Source: Octopus bimaculoides
Lineage: Eukaryota
Direction of reading: 5' to 3'
NCBI RefSeq assembly: GCF_001194135.2
Contig: NC_068987.1
Span: 103,109,187 to 103,148,533 of the forward strand
Length of the DNA stretch: 39,347 bases
The notes under the pieces were generated by a model that saw only the letters and a list, made by a program, of their open reading frames with translations, did not search any database and had not been told where the DNA came from. This document shows, one piece after another, positions 1 to 11,228 of this stretch. The first letter of the stretch is position 1, and each line of letters opens with the position of its first letter. The position numbers and the translations under genes were made by a program.

Positions 1-217
1 ATATGCGGACATTTATTGTGGTTTTAGAGTCAGGATTTGACTGCTATTTTTTCAGCGTGGTGGTATCTCTTGATACCCTGTATTATAATTTTAAATAATT
101 ATTACCTTTGATGGTTTTTATTCCCATGCTCACCACTTGATAAGATCAATATTTTAAATATCGATCTTATCCTTATTTATATAAATATATATATATATAT
201 ATATAAATACATATATA

Positions 218-378
218 CGATGGGCTTCTTTCAGTTTCCGTCAACCAAATCCACTCACATGGCTTTGGTCGGCCCGAGGCTATAGTAGAAGACACTTGCC
301 CAAGGTGCCACGCAGTGGGATTGAACCCGGAACCATGTGGTTGGTCAGCAAGCTACTTACTGCACAGCCACTCCTGCG
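218..378 (-). mobile_element. tRNA-derived SINE family A, 5' half, ending at a (TA)n tract
   Basis: Minus strand reads GCAGGAGTGGCTGTGCAGTAAG (A-box-like) ... GGGTTCAATCCC (B-box) ... CCTTGGGCAAGTGTCTTCTACTATAGC. Homologous to the copies at 29344, 33691, 25868 and 36243. Confidence 0.9.
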
Positions 379-720
379 GCTTCCGAAAATTTTTACATAA
401 ATCACTTAGCCAATGTTTTTGTATCTCGTTCATCGACATTTTAACATAATTGTAATTCTGTTTCAGTTTTTGTCATCTCTGGCGATCACGTCATCGTCTA
501 TATTCATCCACAAAATTCTTCCATTTCTTTTGCGTTTTAGCCATGCATTAATATCTTCTAGTCGTTAGTTAATAAAATATTTTGAACGGAAAAGGAACTG
601 TTTGTTTGCAAGAAATGGTCGCTGCTTTTCACAAACGCCAGATTCTTTGCGATTTAGAAAATATTTCTTGTGGCAGGCATCTTCTGCTGTCTTTCCATTT
701 TTTATAAATTCTGTTACATT

Positions 721-1052
721 TTATTTGTTTCAGCTATGAAATGTAGCCACGTTGGAGTCCCACCGTGGCGGGCTGAGACGAACAAATCGACCCTAGTGCC
801 TATTTTTCAATCTCGTACTTATTATATCATCCCATACGAAACAAACCAACAGCGGTTGTCAAGCGGTGATCGTGGTAAATACACTCATACACGACGGCCT
901 TCGACGCAGTTTCCATTCATCAAATTTACTCACAAAGCACCGGTCGACCAGAAGAAATTGTAGATGATACTTGTCCCAGGTGCTATGCAGTAGAACTGAA
1001 ACGTAAACCAGGTGCTTGGGAAGCAAACTTCTTACTACACAGTTACGCCTGC
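721..1052 (-). mobile_element. SINE family A, old near-full-length copy
   Basis: Diverged match to family A head, body and 3' tail (GCTTGACAACCGCTG, GTCGATTTGTTCG on the minus strand). Confidence 0.75.
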
Positions 1053-1265
1053 ATTTGTCTCTTTTCTTTATTCATTATCGATTTCATAAAGAATTCTTAG
1101 ATTTTCCCTGCGTTGTATCTGTTATAGTATGCGTGTGTCATCCATAGCTGTTTTTGTTTCCTTAAGCTCCATTGTCTATACTTTGCAAAATTTGAATACC
1201 TTTTAATGGGGTTATTTAAGATTTAAAATCGCTTTGTGATTAATTAACTTTCTCAATAGTAAAAG

Positions 1266-1420
1266 CTTTAACTCAAATTGTGCCAAGGTCGACTTTGCTT
1301 TTCATCCTTTTGGTGTATTTGAAATAAGTGCCATTTAAGTACTGGAGTCGATGTAGTCGATTTGACTTCTACCCTCCTCAAAGATGCTGGCTTCGTAACA
1401 AAATTAGAAAGGATATTATA
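1266..1420 (+). mobile_element. SINE family B, 5'-truncated
   Basis: AAGGTCGACTTTGCTTTTCATCCTTTTGGTG...AAATAAGTGCCA matches the central domain of the 19062 and 36810 copies. Confidence 0.8.
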
Positions 1421-1531
1421 TGTTTTAATGTTTTTATTTTCGTTTTCTTTTGTTTGCTTATTTTTGCATTTTGTTTGGATTTCTTTTGCTATTTTTGTTT
1501 CTGTTTTTATTGCTTTTTCAAGTGTTCAACT

Positions 1532-1532
<1 letters not shown>

Positions 1533-1630
<98 letters not shown>
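1533..1630. repeat. Compound microsatellite (CAG)n(TAG)n
   Basis: Read directly. It explains the polyQ, polyA/V and polyS ORFs. Confidence 0.98.
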
Positions 1631-2894
1631 AACTGTTTAGATATCTTGCAGGCACAACAACAATAACAAGAGACGGAAGATAACTATCGAAGAAAAGAAG
1701 GCCGTGTCTTCAAGAAACAGCAGGCAATTCATATTTTATGAAGTCCACAACGAAAGAAACACGTTTCCCACCTGAAAAGTATGCGCCTTTACATCATACA
1801 CAAATTTAGGCTATAACAAGGACACTTTGTTTGTAATTAGTAATAAGTGTTAATTTTTGCCAATGATGTAGAAATTTCTTCATTACTGATATATTTGTAA
1901 TCGACTTATTAATGTGACGGTTATCAATTTAAAAAAAACATTACTAGAGAACTAGGCGTTATAACTCTCGTTTTGTCATCCAAGCGAGTGTTGGCTCACA
2001 TACACCTCAATCATTAAATTACAGTTAATATTTCTTAATTTGTAGGAGTAACTTATATACTTTGACATCTGTAGCCATCAAAGAAGTGTTCTGAATTTAG
2101 GGAATGCTTAGCCTCCGATAGACAGAGGTGGAGTGATTAGGCTATTTCAATAATTCCTGGTTACACACTCTCTATTTACTGTAGGGAAGACTTGGAATGA
2201 AATCTTGAACTCAAAATGATATATGAGGGAGTTAGGGACAGCGGCTCGTTTAAATGCCTCTGAAACATTATCATGCAAATCCAACAGTCAAATCGTTTGG
2301 TGACATGACTTCTTGAATGAATCTTTGGTTTTGAAGTCGAAGCAAAGCTAGTCGGCGGGATTTTTGTGAAATAAGGAATTCGTTGGGTAACAAAATACTG
2401 ATTTAAAATTTTGGCACAAACCCAGTAATTTCGGGGGAGATGGAATGAATCAATTATTGCTACCTTACAATTCTGTTCTTTGTTCTTAACATGCAACTGT
2501 CACTAATTCGAATCCGTGTTCATAGATTTGCTTTAGCAATACATCGAAGCAGAGGTGCAGAGCTTCTCATGCTAGCCTCTCTAAAACTTTTTCCCACTTC
2601 TCTTTCTCATACTCTTTTCAGCAGCTCATTCTAACGCTACGGTGTATCTATGACGAACTTTTATCTTTCTACATTTTATTCTTCTTCTATTTGTATCAGT
2701 CATCATACTACGGCTCAACTTATTTTATCGACTCCAAAAGGACGGAAAGCAAATTCGATCTCGGAGGCAGCAGACTATTGACTAGCAGTAGACCAAGTTG
2801 TTTGATATAAACAGAAATATAGTTTTAACGTTGTAGCCTCTTCTTGATGTCAGTTTTGTACCTCTTGCTTTGTTTTCGTTCTTTTTTTCTTGAA

Positions 2895-3343
2895 ATGATG
2901 AAGACAAAGCAACCACAATCCAACTATAAATATCTGCAAATACTTCAGGCAGATGGAATCAAACACATCGACATCCAGGAAAAGACAAAACAGGAGTACC
3001 TGCGGCAAGTGAGAAAAATATTAGCTTCAAAGCTGAATGGCAGAAGCATAATTTCGGCAATAAACTCGCGCGCATTTGCAGCAGTTCGATATGGCGCTGG
3101 AACACTGGAATGAAAAGAGGAGGAGTTAAAGGAGATGGACTGGAAGTCAAGAAAGCTCCTAACGATGCATTGAGCCCATCATCCACACGAAGAGAGTAAA
3201 TTGAGGAAGGGGACTGATAAGTGTAGAAGACTGCGTGGGTATCGAACCCTAAAGCTTAATGAGATACCTAGTCCAAAGCAAGGAAACATTGCTTGTGACA
3301 GTTAGGAACGAGGGTATATTGAGGGCAGACAAAAAAAGGGAAA
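2895..3343 (+). pseudogene. R4/Dong-like (RLE-type) non-LTR retrotransposon fragment, RT C-terminal region
   Basis: Translation through 2 stops and a frameshift/deletion gives YKYLQILQADGIKH..KQEYLRQVRKILASKLNGRSIISAINSR..VRYGAGTLE*KEEELKEMDWKSRKLLTMH*AHHP//GRGLISVEDCVGIE..LMRYLVQSKETLL. These are typical R4-clade YKYLG / SKLNG / GRGL motifs. Confidence 0.85.
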
Positions 3344-3359
3344 CATTATCATTATTATC

Positions 3360-3392
<33 letters not shown>

Positions 3393-3490
3393 ATTATTAT
3401 TATTATTATCATTATTATAATTATTATCATTATTATTATTATTATTCAGTAGTTTTATTTTTATCACGTGTTTTGACTGCAATACCGAGC

Positions 3491-3522
<32 letters not shown>
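3344..3522. repeat. (ATT/ATC)n microsatellites
   Basis: Read directly, in two blocks (3344-3447 and ~3493-3522). Confidence 0.95.
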
Positions 3523-3524
<2 letters not shown>

Positions 3525-3869
3525 GGTTGGTCATTCTCTATTTTCTTCATCGATGTTATTCGAAACTTCATATTTCATGCAGCAAAATCATTTTGTGTAC
3601 AGAAAAAATAATATCAACTTTCACTGATTAACTTGAATTAGCCTACATCATTAAACACTGATTAATTAATTAATCACATGGAAAACGACAAGGATAACAA
3701 ATGTGTAAATACTTGTTTATTCGTGTTGTTTATATCAGTTATCAAATAAATACGTTCCTTATGCGGTATAGAGGGAACACAGATTCATATCGCACATATA
3801 TTGTACACCACTGGCCATATTATGCATTGTTTTAAGAGTACAGTGGTTTTCCGGTTTTTATAGTGTATG

Positions 3870-4113
3870 TGCCCCCCCCCCCAGCTGGACGGGACGCCAG
3901 ACCATCGCAGCTTTACCCAAGAAACAGGAAGAAAGTGTGAGATAAAGTTGGGGCGAAAGAGTGCAACAGGGTCTTCACCACCCCGTGCCGGAGCCTCGTG
4001 GAGCTTTAGGTGTTTTCGCTCAATAAACACACACAACGCCCGGTCTGGGAATCGAAACCGCGATCCTCCGACCGCGAGTCCGCTGCCCTAACTACTGGGC
4101 CACTGCGCCTCCA
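3870..4113 (-). mobile_element. tRNA-derived SINE family C
   Basis: Minus-strand head GGAGGCGCAGTGGCCCAGTAGTTAGGGCAGCGGACTCGCGG...GGTTTCGATTCCC has A and B boxes. Nearly the same head occurs at 30388. Confidence 0.9.
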
Positions 4114-6282
4114 CTGCCCAGGTGCGGCATGGTAAATGCATCGATGTCCTCCATAAATTCCGGCCTTCATGCATATACTTAGAATAAGTCCATCTCGCTC
4201 GGATCATCCTTGCTACATTCACTCACTTTTAAACCAAGTGGAACCAGAAAAAGTTGACGAGGGCTTGGCCGAAGTGAAAAGTGTCTGTCTTAAGCACCTT
4301 CAATCACATTCACCACAGAAGCTCTTTTGTCATAGGTACTAGACAGAGAAAAACTGCCTGAACTTCCAAGCCAAACGAAACAAGCATGACGCTGGGTTTA
4401 TCCTACACGCAGCAAAAGCTATTTGATAAATCTCTACAGGTCAGCATGTTGTATAATATCAAAATATACTATCAGTTACTGCGCAATACCACAAAAAAAC
4501 CCACTTGTTTCTGTGTACTTTCAACAACATACCAGGAGTTTTTTTGTAATGTCAAAAATATGCCATTTGTTTTTAATGTTATCAACAATACACTTCTAGT
4601 TTCCATGTAATAACTGCAATATAAAATAACATGCCTAATCTCTTACTTGCAGTCAAAGCTATATCGATGTAAACTCGAATTATTCTTCCTCAATGTTTTA
4701 TTGATATCTACCTTGTTTATTTTCGAGGACGGGAAACCAAAATTTATCTCCAAATAATTTGAAAGTAAAGCATCTAGAAATTAATCTAAATGCTCTAATA
4801 AAGAATATGTTTTATTCTACTTTGAGATCCAACTTTAATACTTATTTATTTCCAGGACAGACAGACAATTGTTTTCGAGGGAGACATTTTATACAATAGG
4901 TGGAGCTCAGAATATTGTTGCATGGTAATGCTGTTTACACCTACAAGGGTAAAAGCTAAAGTCTTCAATAAGAAGCGAACGTGAAAACCAGAGGAATAAA
5001 TAAAGAGCTGTAAATCTTTCGGTGTGGAACTGTACCGTTTCTAACAGCTGATCGTTAATGGCCATCCCTGTAATACCAATCTGGCACTGATATATACTTT
5101 AGTGATATTGGCACAATGCCGTCTGCGATATAACTGTCAAGTATATATATATTCTTGCCAAATTGAAAGCACCAGGATTGTTAAAGTAAGTTAAGATATT
5201 GTTTTTTACAACACCCTAGAATTCACTGTGAGGGAGTGTTAATAATCAAAGTCGTTGAGTTCAAATGAGCTAATCAAGAGTATAAGTTCATAAAGTAATC
5301 CGTTCATGCGTACTTAACTACTACAAACCTTTGTGTTATTGTTTTTGTTTGTTCCAGACTCTTCTTAAAGATACAATTTTTTTTTCGAATGTATTCATTC
5401 TTGTTATAAAATAATATGATTCGAGGGAGATTTGACGACTATTTCTAACAGTATTTACATTATTTACATTATTTATATAATATACGTCAAATGTTAATAT
5501 TATATAATATTATTATATAATATCCGTCAAATGTAAATAATATCAATAATGTAAATAATGTACATAATTCCTCATCTCTTGAATATAGAACTGTATTATT
5601 TTTAACAGATCAAATAATCATATAGAGCCTCCCTTATTAATTTGTTGTTGTAACTGTAGTTATTCTTGTTTCAGACAATGATCGTGTTATATTCGCTGTG
5701 ATATTGGTTGTGTTTGGACTTCTTGGGTACCTTCATCGAGACAACCTTTGATAACTGTTGCTCCACTCGTGATATTATTCTGTAATTTTATCAGATATGT
5801 TGATACTAATATAAATCCCCCAATGTGCCCATTATTTAAGACAATAAGGAGTGATTTTAGGAAGATTTTACTAATATATCTATCAATTCGAAACACCGAA
5901 GAAAGACTTTCTTGTTCGGCCATGAAAGGTTTATGTTTAGCCTCTACGCTGTTCCCTATCACACGCCCGATCAGCTTATCTACTAGAAATAACAAATAAA
6001 CGTGCCTGAAGTCACACCGAACCGCCATAAGTAAGAAAAGAATACAAAAACTCTACTTCACCATATACAACAGGGTGGTTACAGGTAAAGTTGATCTACG
6101 GCTCAAAAACAGCTGCAACTATCACAACAATAACAATGATAATGTTTTGCATTAAAAACAAATAATCCACAAAAAGACACTCGATCAAGTCTTACTCGAT
6201 ACACAAAAAAGCTATACCACGTATCACAAGACACTTTGTAATTGCTCCGTTAGATTTTTAGAACGTAATTACTAACAACAAA

Positions 6283-6482
6283 TCCGTTTCAAATTTGGGC
6301 ACAAGATCAGCAACTTCTTGGGAGTGAGTAACTCAATTACACCGACCTCAAATTCACTGGTACATATTTTATCGGTCCCGAAAGGATGAAAGGCAAAGTC
6401 GACTCCTGTGGAATTTGAGCTCACAACAGAAGGACGGACGAAATGCCGCTAAGCTTACCACTGATTTTGATAGTTCGTCACT
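6283..6482 (-). mobile_element. SINE family B, near full length, diverged
   Basis: GAAAGGATGAAAGGCAAAGTCGAC...GGAATTTGAGCTCA is the reverse complement of the family B core and B-box. Confidence 0.85.
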
Positions 6483-7128
6483 TTGATTGCTAACAGCCAG
6501 CATATTAAATGTGGTAAGTACATGCAAGTGCTCATCAAGTGAGCGTGAGTTCTGCTAGCTTGAAAGGAACTGTTTCATTCTAGAAAGGAATAAAAGTCAT
6601 CTTCTTTTTACCATTATACACAGTGTATTAGTTGGACTAACTTATCGCGAACTATTAACTTCTTTCATTGTTAACATCTCATTATACTAAATATAAGGTT
6701 TGTTTGCCAGAATAGTTACCCCTTGCATTGTTAACCATTAAACTTTCACATTTGCAGCACTTCTATACCGTTAGCTTCCCAATTTGTTTGCCTACAAGAT
6801 TATTAACCCCCAAGTTTATCAGCGTACAAGATTCTAAACTTCTTTCATGTTTGCTCTCCAAATTTATTAACTTCTCACATTGTTCGCCTCTGACATCAAT
6901 AGATTCTTACATTGTTTAGCATCACGAAATGTCGACCTCTAATGTTGTTAGAACGATATATTGTTAACTATCTACATTGTTGCTTTTGACACTGTATTAC
7001 ACTGTGACATTTTTAGCTGGTCACCTCTGACAGTCTTTGCCAATCTGATGCTAGTTGAAATAATATTACATATTCCGATTGTTGCTTTTCACATTCTGAC
7101 ACGCAGAAATTATTATGCCGTCTAATTA

Positions 7129-8721
7129 CACTAGGCAACAAAATGTTACGATTAGACGAAATGTTGCTCATGGGTAATTTGGGATCGTTGATTCCGAATC
7201 TGCAATCATTTTTGCTCTAGCACGTCACGTTTTTACATTATCATTATAATACTGCTATCGAAATTTCAATAATGTGAAAATTCATGGCAAATAAAATGAA
7301 TGTTATGTTAAGCGTAAATTACCGTTATTTGGTATAAGAACAATAGCAGCTAGGTGGACAAGTAGTTCTAAAACCAATAAAACAAAAGTGTAAAGTGGAT
7401 ATTATTAATTTTATGTTTTTCAAAAATAGCTTTGGCATCTCCTTTTACGTTTATTATACATGTTCTTCTCGACAATTAAAAAAAAAACAACAGTAGTCTG
7501 TCAGCATGTTTGATGTTAGTCTGCCACTGTCAAGTTGACGTCATAAATGAGGAACTTTTTTTGAAGTTCCTGGTTCATCACAGTGATCAGCTGTGAACTC
7601 GGCACGCCTTCAATTGTAGTAGATGCAGCACTCTCTTCTCTTACATTATCTTTGTCAAAAGTGAAGGAGGTTCTGGAATTGGAATATTTTCAGCAGCATG
7701 AGCAACTTCTTTCAAAGCTGAAAGGCGATCTGGATAAACAATCTTGGATTTGTTCTTTTTAGAGAAACCTGTGATGTTAGTTAAGCAGAAATAACAATGA
7801 GGATAGTGGTTTGTTGGTTCGCGCCTTATCATTGGAAAATGACATACTTTTCCATTTACCATTCAGCCATTGGGTTAGTGCTATGTAGCAGTTTTTGCAA
7901 CAAGCATGAGGCGCCCACAGTTTATCTTGGTCCCCAACTTTGCGCCTAAATTAATGCTTGTGAGCATTTATTTCTCTGATCTTTTTTCCACACACGTAAC
8001 AAAAGCTGTCCGGGCGATTAACAAACTTTTCTGCTCATCATAAATACATACAGTAATAACCTAAATCAACACTCAAGGAAGCCTGTCAGTAAACTAAAAT
8101 ATAAAATTAATCAGCTGTAAGTGTTACTGTTAAACATCAAAATATATTTCACAAAAAACAATCATTGAAATTATTGTAGAATGCACTGAAGCTATGGCTA
8201 TCACGAAACAATTTATTCCATCTCTAAATTTCAAACATTGATCACTTTAATAAATAACTAAACTTACTACTACTAAACAACTTTTCATATAACCTGGCTC
8301 CCTTATTTGATGTACTTTGTTTTAACAGCACTAGCAGTTATCAAGAAAATGGAGTCTGAGTGGCTTACTATAACCTAATATCAACGGCCTGCTGTGAGGA
8401 GAACTTTACTATAATTACAGCAATAACAAAGTAAAATGAATGTTCATCTAGTGTGACGATTTAACAGGTAGCCTACATTTTCCTTTATCAGCGATTATTC
8501 TTGATTCAGTCATGAGTATATGAATGAAAATCGAAAGAAAATAGCCTACTACTTTTTCAATATTATCAGTTGGTTTCAAAATCTGATGCTGTGAATAACT
8601 AAAAAGAACTACACGTGCTGTCTAAAAACTGATGTCAGATTTGGATTCAGCACGCTAGAATTACCCCAAGTCAACTGAAAAAGTTTAAATAGCATGACAA
8701 AGAACGTTAACTCTCACCGTG
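7129..8721 (-). mobile_element. Chapaev3-type (CMC superfamily) DNA transposon, internally deleted
   Basis: CAC...GTG termini with TTA on both sides (7126-28, 8722-24). Imperfect subterminal inverted repeats at 7172-7233 and 8601-8667. Contains the N-terminal transposase remnant. Confidence 0.75.
7500..8038 (-). pseudogene. Chapaev3 transposase N-terminus (Chapa zinc-finger region), disrupted
   Basis: MSRK/CVNRPDSFCYVCGKK..//..KVGDQDKLWAPHACCKNCYIALTQWLNGK/..PMIRREPTNHYPHCYFCLTNITGFSKKNKSKIVYPD..ENIPIPEPP, with frameshifts and stops and no DDE domain. Confidence 0.85.
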
Positions 8722-9019
8722 TTAGCCTCTCATGTTATTACTCTCTCACATTGTTAACGCATCGCATTTATTTTACACTGACCTTGCAGGCCTCTCGCAT
8801 TATTGCTGTCAGCCTAACACACTGACATTGTAAGTCTCTCTCTCATTATTGGACAGTGAAACTTTGCCTCTCATATTATTACTTTAACCTCTCAAGCTGA
8901 CATTGTTATTCCCTCATATTAATAGATGATTATAGTATTAGTCTCACCCCCCTATTAGAAACGGGTGTTGTTATCGTCTCCCATTATTAGTCGCTAACTT
9001 TTTTAGCTTCTCAGATTAT

Positions 9020-9319
9020 TACATGGTTGGGCACTTCGTTGGTCACTTGACTCGACCAACAGGAAACCCTGCTCCTAAAATTCACGTGCATGTGGCTGAG
9101 CACCCCACAGCCACTAGTACGCTTAAGGTAGTTCTCAGGGAGATCGAGCGTGACAGCCCGCATATAGAAAGGTTGGTCCATTGAAATACAGGTACAACTC
9201 ATTTTTGCCTGTTGAGTGAACTGGATCAACATGAAAATAAAGCATCTTGCTCAAGAATCGAACTCAAGACCTTACGATCACGAGCCGAATATATTAAACA
9301 CTTTGCCACACGTCTTCAC
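9020..9319 (-). mobile_element. tRNA-derived SINE family D
   Basis: Minus head GTGAAGACGTGTGGCAAAGTG...GAGTTCGATTC. The 3' part (CTCCCTGAGAACTACCTTAAG...GTGCTCAGCCACATGCACGTGAATTT) is shared with 30940-31080 and 25615-25740. Confidence 0.8.
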
Positions 9320-9794
9320 GTCCAGTCATGAAGGAAGCTTATTGCATACCGCCATAGTTAACCAGTTACATTATAAGACACTGATAATGTGACGTTCTAA
9401 CATTCGTAGAGAATAACATGATTCGTCTCACACATTATTAAACACTAGCAATATTAGCATTTAACTTGTTTACTTCCAAACTTATTGGTTTCTGATGTTA
9501 TTTTCCACTTTTTAACATCTCACTTTGTTTACTTCTCCTAATGTCAGTTTCCTTTCATTGTTTGGTTATCCCATTGTTGGACTCACAGTCATTGTTCAGA
9601 AATACTGGAAGTGACGTAAAAGAATGTTTAGCAGCCACAACTGTGTTCAGTTTTCTTCTATCTTTGTCGGTTTCTTTCCATTTACATTAATTCTTCGAAA
9701 TTATTCTAAAGTCAAAATAAAATTCTATTAGTTCTTTCTGATTTCCACTTTTCTTATCCGTGCGTGTGTGTGTTTGTACAAGTTTAGTGTTGAG

Positions 9795-9915
9795 AGAAAG
9801 AGTAATCGACAGAAAGAGTAATCGACAGAAAGAGTAATCGACAGAAAGAGTAATCGACAGAAAGAGTAATCGACAGAAAGAGTAATCGACAGAAAGAGTA
9901 ATCGACAGAAAGAGT
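9795..9915. repeat. Perfect 16-bp minisatellite (AGAAAGAGTAATCGAC) x7.5
   Basis: Seven identical units plus 9 nt, read directly. Confidence 0.98.
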
Positions 9916-10061
9916 GTAGGAAGAATGAGTAAAGGGGGGATTAATGTTCCAGTTAATTTCATATTCCTCTGAGTTTCGCTGGCGACTGCACAGTGTTTTG
10001 AAGGCGAAACTCAGAGTTTCAAAAGTCTGACTCGACTAAAACGAAAATGTTTATGCATATA

Positions 10062-10951
10062 CAAAGTGCGGTGAATAAATTGTCGTCTAAATTACACACA
10101 AATGAAAATAAGCTTGACATCTTATTTTAACATGTATTTAACCAAAATTACATAAAAATATCTTGAAATACTGGAATAAATATATTCAATAAAATCGCCA
10201 TTGGCTTCAACCACGGTCTCCAGACGACTTCGGAATTTCCTGCAACTCTTCTGGATAGTCTCCTTGTTTAAGTTGGTGAATGCTGCCATAATCCTTGCCT
10301 TCAGTTCATCCTCGGTGTTACAACGAGTTTTGTTGGTCTCTCGCTCAACTACGCCTTACACATAACAATCAACGGAGTTGAAGTCTCGAGAGTTAGGTGA
10401 CCAGATGTTAGGGATGATGTTGTCACAGAAATTATCTGACAGCCATGCTTGTGTGGTATGGTGCAGTCTCCTGCTTGTGTGGCATGATGCAGAGTTCTGT
10501 TGCCAGACATAGGTTCTTCCAGTAGCCACCCTCTTGACCCAGAGTAGCACCACCTCCTTCAAGCACTTGATGTAGGCCTCTGTGTTGAGTCTAACGCTGT
10601 GTAGGAAGATGAATGGGAAGTCATAACGTCGCCATCACCATCACTAATGGTCACTCCAAACACCATAATGTTGACTGGATGCTTGATTTTTATCACTCTC
10701 AGTAAATATCCTCAGACTGTACTGTTCTCAGATTGACACCCAAACACTTTGAAATGCTCATATTCTAGTGCGAATGCCAAGTAGTACAGTATGCCGTTTC
10801 TTAATTTCTTGTGGAGTAAATTGCGTCATGGTGCTGTTTTTCTCACAGACGGTGTCCAACTTACGCTAATATTCTGTGTAGTTGATAAAATCAAAAACAA
10901 ACAATGCGCGAAATAAAAGATATAAAATAGCGACGATTTAGCCATCGCACG

Positions 10952-10954
<3 letters not shown>
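10062..10954 (-). mobile_element. Tc1/mariner maT-type (DD37D) transposon, internally deleted
   Basis: TA-flanked imperfect TIRs (CAAAGTGCGGTGAATAAATTGTCG / CAGCGTGCGATGGCTAAATCGTCG). Minus-strand remnant from the ATG at 10829: KHPVNIMVFG..LNTEAYIKCLKEVV..YVWQQNSASCHTSRR..WSPNSRDFNSVDCYV*GVVERETNKTRCNTEDELKARI..RSRLETVVEANGDFIE. Confidence 0.88.

Positions 10955-11001
<47 letters not shown>
10955..11001. repeat. (TA)n at the right end of the maT element
   Basis: Read directly. Confidence 0.97.
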
Positions 11002-11004
<3 letters not shown>

Positions 11005-11099
11005 TCTGGTGGGATATATTATCCGGATGGATACACTATTAACTCTCAGTTTAAGTTCTAGTTAACTACACCAATCAATATTTAACGTCTGGAAAGAAA

Positions 11100-11228
11100 C
11101 AACGCTAGACAAAGTTTGTAGCTTTAAAAGGGGGTTACTTTGAAGGAGATTAAATTCAGAATTGATATGTGTTGAAGTTTTCTTATTCTAGTATCAATCC
11201 CGATGTTTTTTTTTATTTGACATCGTAA
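11100..11228 (+). mobile_element. Mariner (DD34D-type) 3' end remnant
   Basis: GTAGCTTTAAAAGGGGGTTACTTTGAAGGAGATTAA translates as VALKGGYFEGD*. The sequence and the downstream TIR-like tail resemble 33495-33602. Confidence 0.6.

Noticed and set aside
1328-1683. PolyQ, polyA/V and polyS ORFs
   Set aside because: All three frames are readings of the (CAG)n(TAG)n microsatellite.
9795-9915. CRISPR-like array
   Set aside because: There are no spacers; it is a pure tandem repeat in eukaryotic DNA.
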